64,000 bases of DNA, taken from the NCBI GenBank assembly GCA_020849615.1, contig JADLFW010000018.1:55722-119721 (forward strand), given 5' to 3'. A program made the position numbers and the translations under genes. Source of the stretch: Phycisphaerales bacterium (GTDB lineage: Bacteria > Planctomycetota > Phycisphaerae > Phycisphaerales > UBA1924). Below, piece by piece: positions 1-8,016 of the stretch (positions within the stretch are counted from its first letter, which is position 1; the number at the start of each line of letters is the position of its first letter). The notes beneath the pieces were generated by a model, which was not told the DNA's origin, ran no database searches, and saw only the letters and a list, made by a program, of their open reading frames with translations.

Positions 1-731
1 TCTTGCAGCGTCTCCTTCATCTTCTGGGCCCGCTCCGCCTTCTCCTTCTGGAGCAGGTTCCGCCGCGAGAGGATGATGTTGCCCTTGCCCGAGCGATCGA
101 CCCGCGCGATCTCGCAGGTCATCTTCTCGCCCACGTAGATCGAAAGGTCCTTCACGTGGTCCAGCGAGATCTGCGACGCCGGCATGAACGCCCGGTGGTG
201 CGCGACCTCCAGTTCCAGCCCGGCCGCGTTGCCCGTCTTGCCCTGCACCACGCCCGTCACACGGCCCTCGACCACCTGCCCCGGCTCCAGCAGCTCCCAG
301 TCGGCCTTCTGCACCGCCCCGGGACGCGAGCACACCAGCAGCCCGTCCGAATCACGGCTGCTCACCACCGCGTCGATCACATCATCCTTCGCCGGAAGGT
401 CTTTGTCGTCGGGCCACTGCAGCCGCGGGATCACCCCCAGCTCCTTGGGCCCGAACTCGATGAACACATCCGTCGGGCCGACCGACACCACCTTGCCGGG
501 CCGCTGCTCGCGACCGGCCTGCACCAGCCGCGGCCCGCGGATCGGCGCCTTGGCCGCCCCCCCGGCGCCGGGCCCGGCCGCCTTCCCCGCCGGCCCGCCC
601 GACAGATGTTCACGCGCGGCCGCGTCCATGTCCTTCATGGCGGCCTCGATCTCGGCATTCATCTCGGCCGTGATGCCCGAAGGATCGGAATGGGAATGGG
701 ACGGCTGCGACGGATCGTGAGCGGATGACAT
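1..731 (-). CDS. rpsA: Multi-S1-domain RNA-binding protein, 30S ribosomal protein S1-like (N-terminal part; the gene runs off the left edge)
   Basis: Absent from the supplied ORF track because no stop lies in the window. The reverse complement from ATG at 731-729 stays open to position 1. It reads MSSAHDPSQPSHSHSDPSGITAEMNAEIEAAMKDMD...GKVVSVGPTDVFIEFGPKELGVIPRLQW...GQVVEGRVTGVVQGKTGNAAGLELEVAHHRAFMPASQISLDHVKDLSIYVGEKMTCEIARVDRSGKGNIILSRRNLLQKEKAERAQKMKETLQ. Consecutive S1/OB motifs and the ILSRR linker are typical of rpsA. Confidence 0.7.
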   Translation of the reverse strand, partial: MSSAHDPSQPSHSHSDPSGITAEMNAEIEAAMKDMDAAAREHLSGGPAGKAAGPGAGGAAKAPIRGPRLVQAGREQRPGKVVSVGPTDVFIEFGPKELGVIPRLQWPDDKDLPAKDDVIDAVVSSRDSDGLLVCSRPGAVQKADWELLEPGQVVEGRVTGVVQGKTGNAAGLELEVAHHRAFMPASQISLDHVKDLSIYVGEKMTCEIARVDRSGKGNIILSRRNLLQKEKAERAQKMKETLQ

Positions 732-908
732 GGTCGGTCACTCGGACATGACGGCGGGAGATTCCGGCCTCGGCGGACGCCGGGCCTGGTCCGGCGAGAC
801 CCCACCAGGTCCGCGCCGGAACGGGGAGTGTAGTCGGCCGGCGCGGGCGAAGGGAGGGTCCGCGGCCCGGCAAATCAACCCGGACTCGCGCGATCGCCGC
901 TCACCCGC

Positions 909-1634
909 TCACGCCCGCGCCCGCAGCTTGCCCGCGTGCCGGATGATGTCCCCCGTCGCCAGGTACACCACATCCTCGGCGATGTTGCACATCAGGTCGC
1001 CCACACGCTCCAGCTCCCGCCCGATCCGGTGGATCAGCACCCCGTTCGCCAGGGCGTCGCGGTTCGTCGGCTCCCGCGCCATCAGGTCCACCGCCTCCTC
1101 GAACAGCCGCTTGTCCAGGTTGTCGATCGTCTCGTCCGAGCTCACCAGCCCCCGCGCCGCCTCGACATCCTCATCCAGCACCGCCCGCATCAGCGTGTGG
1201 CACATCATCGGCACCCGCTCCCCCAGCTCCACCAGCGCCGTCGGCCACGCCGGCGCGGGCGGCCGGATCTTCAGCACGATCTTGGCGATCGAGCACGCGT
1301 GGTCGGCCACACGCTCGATGTCCGTGTTCACCTTCAGGATGAACGTCATCACCCGGAACTCGCGCGCGAAATGGTGCTGCAGCGTCAGGATCCTCAGGCA
1401 TTCCTGCTCGATCTGCACCTCCTCGCGGTCGATCCGGTCGTCGTACCTCGTCACCTCACGCGCCGTGTCCACATCCATCCGCCACAGCGCATCCAGCGAC
1501 GTCTCCAGCATGCCGATCGACATCGTCGCCTCGCGGATCAGCCTCCGCTTCAGCTGCGCCACCCGCTGGTCGGCAAACCCCGCGCTGCGCGCGGCATCGG
1601 GCGGGGGGACGGGAAGGTCCTGGGGAAGGTCCAT
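909..1634 (-). CDS. phoU: Phosphate signalling complex protein PhoU
   Basis: C-terminal 241 aa of ORF 909..2150. Two PhoU repeats are visible: DDRIDREEVQIEQECLRILTLQHHFAREFRVMTFILKVNTDIERVADHA and DETIDNLDKRLFEEAVDLM...LIHRIGRELERVGDLMCNIAEDVVY. Start placed at ATG 1634 (MDLPQDL). The upstream extension is Arg/Pro-rich junk. Confidence 0.85.
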   Translation of the reverse strand: MDLPQDLPVPPPDAARSAGFADQRVAQLKRRLIREATMSIGMLETSLDALWRMDVDTAREVTRYDDRIDREEVQIEQECLRILTLQHHFAREFRVMTFILKVNTDIERVADHACSIAKIVLKIRPPAPAWPTALVELGERVPMMCHTLMRAVLDEDVEAARGLVSSDETIDNLDKRLFEEAVDLMAREPTNRDALANGVLIHRIGRELERVGDLMCNIAEDVVYLATGDIIRHAGKLRARA

Positions 1635-1872
1635 CAGGCGGATCCTGCTCGGCCCCTCATCGGTCGATCCCGACGAGGCCAGCCGCAATGTGGGCCCGGA
1701 CGCGCGGAAGATAGGTGCATCGCTCACGCCCGACGCCATCGGCAATTCTACCCACCCCGCATGAATGCGGATACCCGCCCGTGGCCGACTTCTGCCCGCC
1801 CTCGTACCGTTTCCCCACATCCCCCCGGCCGGGCCCGCCCGCCCGTAGCCGCGGGTACAGCCCAGAGGTCCC

Positions 1873-2751
1873 ATGCTCAAAGACCACGTCAAGAACGTCA
1901 TGTATCGCGCCATGCGTCCGGGCCTCCTCGACGTCAACCGGCGCCTCGAACGCCTCGAAGCCGCCCTTTCGACCCCCTCCTCCGGGCCGCACGCCCCCTC
2001 CGGCTTCGCCTGCTGGCGGGGCGGCCTCTCCGGCCACGCCATCGACGCCGCCGGGCGCGAAGTCCCCGCCATGACCGCCAAGTACCGCGATGAACTCGCC
2101 TTCTGGCAAGATTGTGTGAAGAAATCCGCCGAACGCACCATCGGCGGCAAGTTCGACCAGGTCTACGGCGGCTGGCAGAAGGACCGCATCCGCGAGCTGG
2201 GCCGCTTCCTCTCCCTCCCCGGCCCCCAGCCCCAGCCCGAAACCGGTTTCACCCCCGAGCTCCTCGCCTGGTGCCGCGACCGCTCCGCCGTCGAGATCGG
2301 CGCGGGCCCGTACCCCTCCATCGCCACCGTTCAGTGGCGCCGCGCGGTAGCGGTCGACCCGCTCGCCGACGGCTACACCGCCGAGGACCTCCTCCCCAAG
2401 GACGTCCACTGCGACCAGGTCACCTACCTCTCCTCCCCCGGCGAGGCCGTCCCCCTCCCCTCCGGCTTCGCCGACATCGTCGTCCTCGAGAACTGCCTCG
2501 ACCACGTGGATGATCCCCGCGCTGTCGTCCGCGAGTGCAACCGTCTCCTCACCCCCGGCGGCTTCATGTGGCTCCTCGTGGACCTCATGGAATACAAGGA
2601 CCACATGCACCCCAACCCCTTCAACGAGGCCCGGCTGCGCGATCTGCTGCGGTCCGAGGGCTTCGAGCCCGTCAAGGACCGCATCAGTGATCACAAGAGC
2701 CACCCGCAGGCGTACGGCGAGTACCGCGGGCTGCTCCGCAAGGTGAGATAG
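1873..2751 (+). CDS. Class I SAM-dependent methyltransferase (paralogue 1)
   Basis: Motif I-like VEIGAGPYP. Post-I and motif II/III region reads AVDPLADGY...PLPSGFADIVVLENCLDHVDDPRAVVRECNRLLTPGGFMWLLV. ATG start. Confidence 0.75.
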   Translation: MLKDHVKNVMYRAMRPGLLDVNRRLERLEAALSTPSSGPHAPSGFACWRGGLSGHAIDAAGREVPAMTAKYRDELAFWQDCVKKSAERTIGGKFDQVYGGWQKDRIRELGRFLSLPGPQPQPETGFTPELLAWCRDRSAVEIGAGPYPSIATVQWRRAVAVDPLADGYTAEDLLPKDVHCDQVTYLSSPGEAVPLPSGFADIVVLENCLDHVDDPRAVVRECNRLLTPGGFMWLLVDLMEYKDHMHPNPFNEARLRDLLRSEGFEPVKDRISDHKSHPQAYGEYRGLLRKVR

Positions 2752-2762
2752 AAGTCGAGATT

Positions 2763-2854
2763 GGAGGCAACGAACGCAGAGACCGCAGAGGACGCAGAGA
2801 AAGGAACATGGATTTCTCTCTGCGCTCCCCGCGGCCTCTGCGTTCGGTGCCTCC
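2763..2854. repeat. REP-like GCAGAG-rich imperfect palindrome (about 40-bp arms)
   Basis: Left arm is ggaggcaacgaacgcagagaccgcagaggacgcagagaaa. Right arm is tttctctctgcgctccccgcggcctctgcgttcggtgcctcc, its near reverse complement. It lies between the two methyltransferase paralogues. Confidence 0.7.
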
Positions 2855-2868
2855 GGAGATGAGCGCGG

Positions 2869-3711
2869 TTGAACTCGTTGAAGCACCTACTCAAGCAGCT
2901 GGCCGCCCGCCTCCTGCGGCCGGGCCTGGCCGACATCCACCGCCGCCTCGACCTCATCGAGATCAAGGCCTTCGAGCGCGCCGCCGCACCTCCATCGCCC
3001 GTCGAGATCCACTGGCGCGGCAGCCTCCAGACGGGCCGGGCCACGACCCCCGACGGCGCCGCCAACCCCGCCGCCACCGCCAAGTTCCGCGATGAACTCG
3101 CCTACTGGGTCAACGTCGCCCGTGGCCACGATCCCTCATTCCCCGGCGAGTTCCACGCCGTCTTCGCGGGCTGGCAGCGCAGACGCCTCAATGAACTCGC
3201 CGACCAGCTCAAGCTCGACGGGCCAGGCTTTGAAGCGTGGGCCCGGGAGCGCACGGCGGCCGAGATCGGCGGCGGCCCGCACCCCTGCGTGTGCGAAGCC
3301 CGCTGGAAGCGCGCGATCGCGGTCGACCCCCTCGCCGATGGCTACGCCGCCGAAGGCCTCTACCCCGACTCGGCCCGGCACATCACGCACCTCGCCTCGC
3401 CGGGCGAAGCCATCCCACTCCCCTCCGCCATCGCCGACCTCGTCATCATCGAGAACGCCCTCGACCATGTCGAAGACCCCCGCGCCGTGGTGACCGAAAT
3501 CGCCCGCCTCCTCCGCCCGCGCGGACTGGTCTGGCTGCTCGTCGACCTCATGGACTACCGCGACCACATGCACCCTAGCCCCATGAGCGAGGCGAGGCTG
3601 CGCGGGCTGATGACCGAAGCCGGCTTCCGCGAACGGTACTTGGCGAGCTGGCCCGGCGCGAGCCACCCGATGGCGACGCATCAGTGCCGTTCGCTGTGGG
3701 AGAAGATCTGA
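2869..3711 (+). CDS. Class I SAM-dependent methyltransferase (paralogue 2)
   Basis: Roughly half of positions are identical to the upstream paralogue by eye. Shared segments include AKFRDELAYW, EIGGGPHP, AVDPLADGY and PLPSAIADLVIIENALDHVEDPRAVVTEIARLLRPRGLVWLLVDLMDYRDHMHP. TTG start directly after an in-frame stop. Confidence 0.75.
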   Translation: MNSLKHLLKQLAARLLRPGLADIHRRLDLIEIKAFERAAAPPSPVEIHWRGSLQTGRATTPDGAANPAATAKFRDELAYWVNVARGHDPSFPGEFHAVFAGWQRRRLNELADQLKLDGPGFEAWARERTAAEIGGGPHPCVCEARWKRAIAVDPLADGYAAEGLYPDSARHITHLASPGEAIPLPSAIADLVIIENALDHVEDPRAVVTEIARLLRPRGLVWLLVDLMDYRDHMHPSPMSEARLRGLMTEAGFRERYLASWPGASHPMATHQCRSLWEKI

Positions 3712-3833
3712 GCGTAGAGGACGCAGAGAAAGAGATCAGCCGCATCGCCCACATGGATCTGAACTCCCCATTCAGATCCGTGCCAATCCGTGTTGATCCG
3801 CGGCTGCATCTTCTCTCTGCGTCCTCTGCGTTC
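3712..3833. repeat. REP-like GCAGAG palindrome filling a convergent intergenic gap; probable bidirectional terminator
   Basis: Arms are gcgtagaggacgcagagaaagagatcagccgc (3712-3743) and gcggctgcatcttctctctgcgtcctctgcgttc (3800-3833). The inner part contains hairpin ggatctgaa...ttcagatcc. It shares the 17-mer agaggacgcagagaaag with the 2763-2854 element. It runs from the methyltransferase stop to the mfd stop. Confidence 0.7.
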
Positions 3834-6800
3834 AGTTCTGTCCCAACTCCACCAGCGCCGGGTTCAGGCGCTTCTTCAGCACCATCACCAGCGTCTCGGG
3901 CTCGAGGTACTTCTCCGGCGGGCGGAAGTAGACCTCGGCCGGCTGCCCCGGCTCCTTGGGGTCGAGGATGCGGACGGTGGCCTCGATCGCCTTGCCGATC
4001 CCCTTGGGTGACCGGGCCAGCAGTTCCGCGACGCGTCTGGGCTCCTTGGTGAGCACGACCACATCCTTCTCGCGGATCGTGATGGTCTTCACGCCCAGCC
4101 CGGCCGCCAGCACCCGCAGCTGCGCCAGGTGCAGGATGCGGTGCACCTGCTTGGGCGGAGCGCCGTACGCCGCCGTCAGGTCGGTCTCGACCGCCTTCAC
4201 CTGGTCGAGCGTGCTCGCCGTCGCCAGCCGCCGGTACGCCTCCAGCCGCCGCTGGTCGCTGGGGATGTACGCCTTGGGGATCGTCCCGGACACGCCGATC
4301 TCGACGGTGGTGCTGCTCGCGGGCTCCGGCGGCTTCTCGTTCTTGAGCTCGTGCACCGCGTTCTCGAGCAGGTGACAGTACATCTCGTAGCCCACCGCCG
4401 CGATGTGCCCCGACTGCTCCGCCCCCAGGATGTTCCCCGCCCCGCGGATCTCCAGGTCCCGCATCGCGATCTTGAACCCCGCCCCCAGCATCGAGTACTG
4501 CTCGATCGCCTTCAGCCGCTTCTGGGCGACTTCCTTGACGGTTCGCTCCTCGGGGAGCAGCAGATAGCAGTAGGCCCGGTGCTTGGAGCGCCCCACGCGG
4601 CCCCGCAGCTGGTGCAGCTCCGCCAGCCCGAACCGGTCCGCATCGTTGATGATCATCGTGTTGGCCGTGGGGATGTCGATCCCGGACTCGATGATCGTCG
4701 TCGAGACCAGGATGTCCGCCTGCCCCCGCATGAACTTCAGCATCACCTCTTCCAGCTCGTGCGCGGCCATCTGCCCGTGGCCCCACACGATCCTCGCCTC
4801 GGGCGCCAGCTTCTGGATGTCATCCGCCACCGACTTGATGTCGTGGATGCGGTTATGCACGAAGAAGACCTGCCCATCCCGCGACAGCTCCCGCGCGATC
4901 GCCTGCTGGATCCGCCGCGCGTTGTACGGGATCACCTCCGTCACGATGGCCCGGCGGTCCAGCGGCGCCGTCGTCAGGCTCGAGATGTCCCGGATCCCCA
5001 GCATCGCCATGTGCAGCGTCCGCGGGATCGGCGTCGCCGACAGCGTCAGCACATCCACCGTCAGCCGCAGCCGCAGCAGCTGCTCCTTGTGCTCCACCCC
5101 GAACCGCTGCTCCTCATCCACCACCACCAGCCCCAGGTCCGCGAAATCCACATCCCGCGACAGCAGCCGGTGCGTCCCGATGATCAGGTCCACCTGCCCC
5201 TTGCGCAGCTGGGCCAGCACCTCCCGCGCCTCCTTGTCGCTCTTGAACCGCGAGATCGACTCGATCCGGAACGGGTACCCCGCGAACCGCGACCGGAACG
5301 TCCGCTCGTGCTGCTCGGCCAGCACCGTCGTCGGCACCAGCACCGCCACCTGCTTGCCGAACTCGCACGCCTTGAACGCCGCCCGGATCGCCAGCTCCGT
5401 CTTGCCGAACCCCACATCGCCGCAGATCAGCCGGTCCATCGGCCGCTCCCGGCTCATGTCCTGCTTGATCGACCCCAGGGCGCTCAGCTGGTCCTCCGTC
5501 TCCGTGTACGGGAACTCGGCCTCGAACTCCGTCTGCCACGGCGTGTCCGCCGGGTAGCGGATCCCCGGCATGTGCTCCCGGGCCGCCCGCACCCGCAGCA
5601 TCTCCGCCGCCAGGTCCTTCACGCTCTCCGCCGTCCGCTCCTTCTGGTTCTTCCACTTCTGCCCGCCCAGCGTCGAGAGCGGCGGCTTGCCCGCGAACCC
5701 CCCGACATACTTCTGCACCTGGTCGATCTTCGTGACCGGCACCTGCAGCCGGGCCCGCCCGGCAAACTCCAGCGTCAGGTACTCCTCCGTCTCCGGCTCC
5801 TTCGCCTTGGCCTCGCCAGGCAGCGTGGCCCGGTGCTGGCCCGGCAGCGCCCGCGGCTTCATCATCGTCAGCCCGCTGAAGAGCGCGATGCCGTGATCCG
5901 TGTGGACAACGTAGTCCCCGACCTGGAAATCCAGGAACGTGTCCATGGCCCGGCCCGACCGAAGACGGGCCGCCCGCCTCCGCGTCGTGAACCGGTTGAG
6001 GAGTTCGTGGTAGGGAACCACGCAGAGTGACGAAGCGACGGCGTGACGGAGTGATGCAGCCGGATCCGACTTCGTCACCGCGTTGCTTGGCAACTCCGTC
6101 ACTTCATTCCAGACAAACCCCCGATGCACATACGCCACCACCGCCCCGATCCGCTCCCGGGCCGCCGGCGCAAACTCCGCCAGCAGCTCGCCCAGACGCT
6201 GCCGCTCCCCCGCGTTCTGACACGCGACAAGCACGCGGCCGGGCCCATCCGCCATCCCCGCCAGCTCCCGCACCGCCTCGCCCGCATCCCGCGCAAACGC
6301 AGGCAACGGCGACACCGCCAGGTCCACCCGCACATCCGCCGCCGCGGCCCCCGCCGAGAACTGGTTGATCTCGATCAGCGCGTGGAACCGCGTCTCCAGC
6401 ACCTTCAACACCGCGGGCGGGCCGAAGATCCCCCTCGCATCAATCACCCGCTCGTAGTACCCCCGTCCCTGCTCCACCACCTCCATCGTCTCCGCCAGCA
6501 CCGCCAGGCAGCGGTGGGGGAGCAGCTCCAGGAAGTTCACCCCGCGCTCATCACCCTGCACCAGCTTGGGGTCGGCGGCGACCAGCTGCGCCGCCTCCAC
6601 CGCGCGGTCCGACCCCATCGTCTCGAGGTCGATCTCCGTGATCTTCTCGATCGTGTCCCCGAAGAAGTCCAGCCGCACGGGCACGCCCGACTCGCTGAAG
6701 CCGGGCCCCATGCCCGCGCCCCCCGAGCCGGGGGGGAACACATCGAGGATCCCGCCCCGCAGCGCGAAATCGCCCGCCTCCTCAACCGCTTCCACCCGCT

Positions 6801-7299
6801 CATACCCCGCCGCGACCAGCCACTGGATCAGCCCGGCCAGCGGTACATCCTCACCCCGCCGCAGCGTCCGTGAAAGCGCATCCAGCCGCTGCGGCGCCGG
6901 CACCGACTGCATCAGCGCCGCGATCGGCGCGATGATCACCGGTGCCGCCTGTTCATCCCCGCTCAACCCGATCGCCGCTCGCTCCACCGACACCCGCTCC
7001 GCGAACAGGTCCAGGCTCGTCCCCGTCTCCCCAGGCAACGCCTCGATCGCCGGCAAGCGCAGGGCCATCGCACCCAGACCGTTGATCTCATCCAGCGCCT
7101 CATCCGCATCATCCAGGTGCGCCACCACCAGCACGACGGGCCGGGCCAGGCTCCGCGCCAACGCCGCCGCCGCCAGCGCCGTGGAGCTCCCCACCGCCCC
7201 CGTCGCCACCACCCGCCGCTTCGATTCCGCGGCCGCCACCACCGCGCGCACCGACTCCCGCGATGCCACCCACCCGATCAGGTCAAATCGCTCATCCAA
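3832..7299 (-). CDS. mfd: Transcription-repair coupling factor Mfd
   Basis: 1155 aa. CarD-like FQVGDYVVHTDHGIALFSGL. SF2 helicase motifs GDVGFGKTE, VVDEEQRFGV, TLSATPIPRT and QLRGRVGRS. C-terminal TRCF domain. Confidence 0.95.
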   Translation of the reverse strand: MDERFDLIGWVASRESVRAVVAAAESKRRVVATGAVGSSTALAAAALARSLARPVVLVVAHLDDADEALDEINGLGAMALRLPAIEALPGETGTSLDLFAERVSVERAAIGLSGDEQAAPVIIAPIAALMQSVPAPQRLDALSRTLRRGEDVPLAGLIQWLVAAGYERVEAVEEAGDFALRGGILDVFPPGSGGAGMGPGFSESGVPVRLDFFGDTIEKITEIDLETMGSDRAVEAAQLVAADPKLVQGDERGVNFLELLPHRCLAVLAETMEVVEQGRGYYERVIDARGIFGPPAVLKVLETRFHALIEINQFSAGAAAADVRVDLAVSPLPAFARDAGEAVRELAGMADGPGRVLVACQNAGERQRLGELLAEFAPAARERIGAVVAYVHRGFVWNEVTELPSNAVTKSDPAASLRHAVASSLCVVPYHELLNRFTTRRRAARLRSGRAMDTFLDFQVGDYVVHTDHGIALFSGLTMMKPRALPGQHRATLPGEAKAKEPETEEYLTLEFAGRARLQVPVTKIDQVQKYVGGFAGKPPLSTLGGQKWKNQKERTAESVKDLAAEMLRVRAAREHMPGIRYPADTPWQTEFEAEFPYTETEDQLSALGSIKQDMSRERPMDRLICGDVGFGKTELAIRAAFKACEFGKQVAVLVPTTVLAEQHERTFRSRFAGYPFRIESISRFKSDKEAREVLAQLRKGQVDLIIGTHRLLSRDVDFADLGLVVVDEEQRFGVEHKEQLLRLRLTVDVLTLSATPIPRTLHMAMLGIRDISSLTTAPLDRRAIVTEVIPYNARRIQQAIARELSRDGQVFFVHNRIHDIKSVADDIQKLAPEARIVWGHGQMAAHELEEVMLKFMRGQADILVSTTIIESGIDIPTANTMIINDADRFGLAELHQLRGRVGRSKHRAYCYLLLPEERTVKEVAQKRLKAIEQYSMLGAGFKIAMRDLEIRGAGNILGAEQSGHIAAVGYEMYCHLLENAVHELKNEKPPEPASSTTVEIGVSGTIPKAYIPSDQRRLEAYRRLATASTLDQVKAVETDLTAAYGAPPKQVHRILHLAQLRVLAAGLGVKTITIREKDVVVLTKEPRRVAELLARSPKGIGKAIEATVRILDPKEPGQPAEVYFRPPEKYLEPETLVMVLKKRLNPALVELGQN

Positions 7300-7416
7300 G
7301 GAAGGTTCCGGTTCAGCGCGCGCACGGGCCCGCCCGGAACCCCACGCGGGGCCGGGCCGGACCGCTCTCGTTCTGCCCCATCCTACGGCGGCCGCCCCCG
7401 TTGCTACTCCATCTCG

Positions 7417-7992
7417 CTACTCCACGCTCACCAGCGGCCGCAGCTTGTCGATCGTCCTGGGCCCGATCCCCTTCACCTTGTCCAGCTCCGCCACCGTCCG
7501 GAACCGCCCCGCCTTCTCCCGGTGCTCGATGATCCGCTGGGCGAGCCCCGGCCCGATCCCCGGCAGCAACTCCAGCTCCGCCGCCGTCGCCGTGTTGAGG
7601 TTGATGCGCGCCGGCTTCACCGGCGCAGGCTTGACCCCTTCGGGTTTCACCGCAGGCGCTTCCGGCTTCGCCACCACGGCCCGCGCCTGTCCAGCGTCTT
7701 CCGTTGCTGGCGTTGAAATCGCTTCAGTGTCCACCGATTCGGGTGGATGCCGATCGGCCGGAAGTCGGGGAGGCACCTTCACGAGCGGGGTTCGCGTCCC
7801 ATCCCGAGATTTGGGGACTGCCGCGGTGGTCGCTGGAATGCCCCGCTCGGTCGCCTGGGCCACCGCGGGGGCTCGTTCAGCGCTGGCCCGGCCCAGCGAC
7901 CAGCCCAGGCCGCCGATGGCAACGGAGCCAAGCAGCGCCGCCGCGATCATCGCAGGCCCACGGGCCAGCCCGGGTTTGTCGTGGCCGATCAT
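7417..7992 (-). CDS. ComEA-family helix-hairpin-helix DNA-binding protein
   Basis: N-terminal TM segment MIAAALLGSVAIGGLGW. C-terminal tandem HhH reads INLNTATAAELELLPGIGPGLAQRIIEHREKAGRFRTVAELDKVKGIGPRTIDKL. Confidence 0.8.
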   Translation of the reverse strand: MIGHDKPGLARGPAMIAAALLGSVAIGGLGWSLGRASAERAPAVAQATERGIPATTAAVPKSRDGTRTPLVKVPPRLPADRHPPESVDTEAISTPATEDAGQARAVVAKPEAPAVKPEGVKPAPVKPARINLNTATAAELELLPGIGPGLAQRIIEHREKAGRFRTVAELDKVKGIGPRTIDKLRPLVSVE

Positions 7993-8016
7993 TTCCCGAT
8001 TATGACACGAGCGGCG

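Noticed and set aside
3-728. 241-aa plus-strand ORF at the left edge
   Set aside because: It has low-complexity Arg/Leu/Pro/His composition. The opposite strand encodes an S1-domain protein over the same span.
909-1634. phoU without adjacent pstSCAB as an anomaly
   Set aside because: Stand-alone phoU homologues are common, and the pst genes may lie elsewhere in the genome. There is nothing unusual in the sequence itself.
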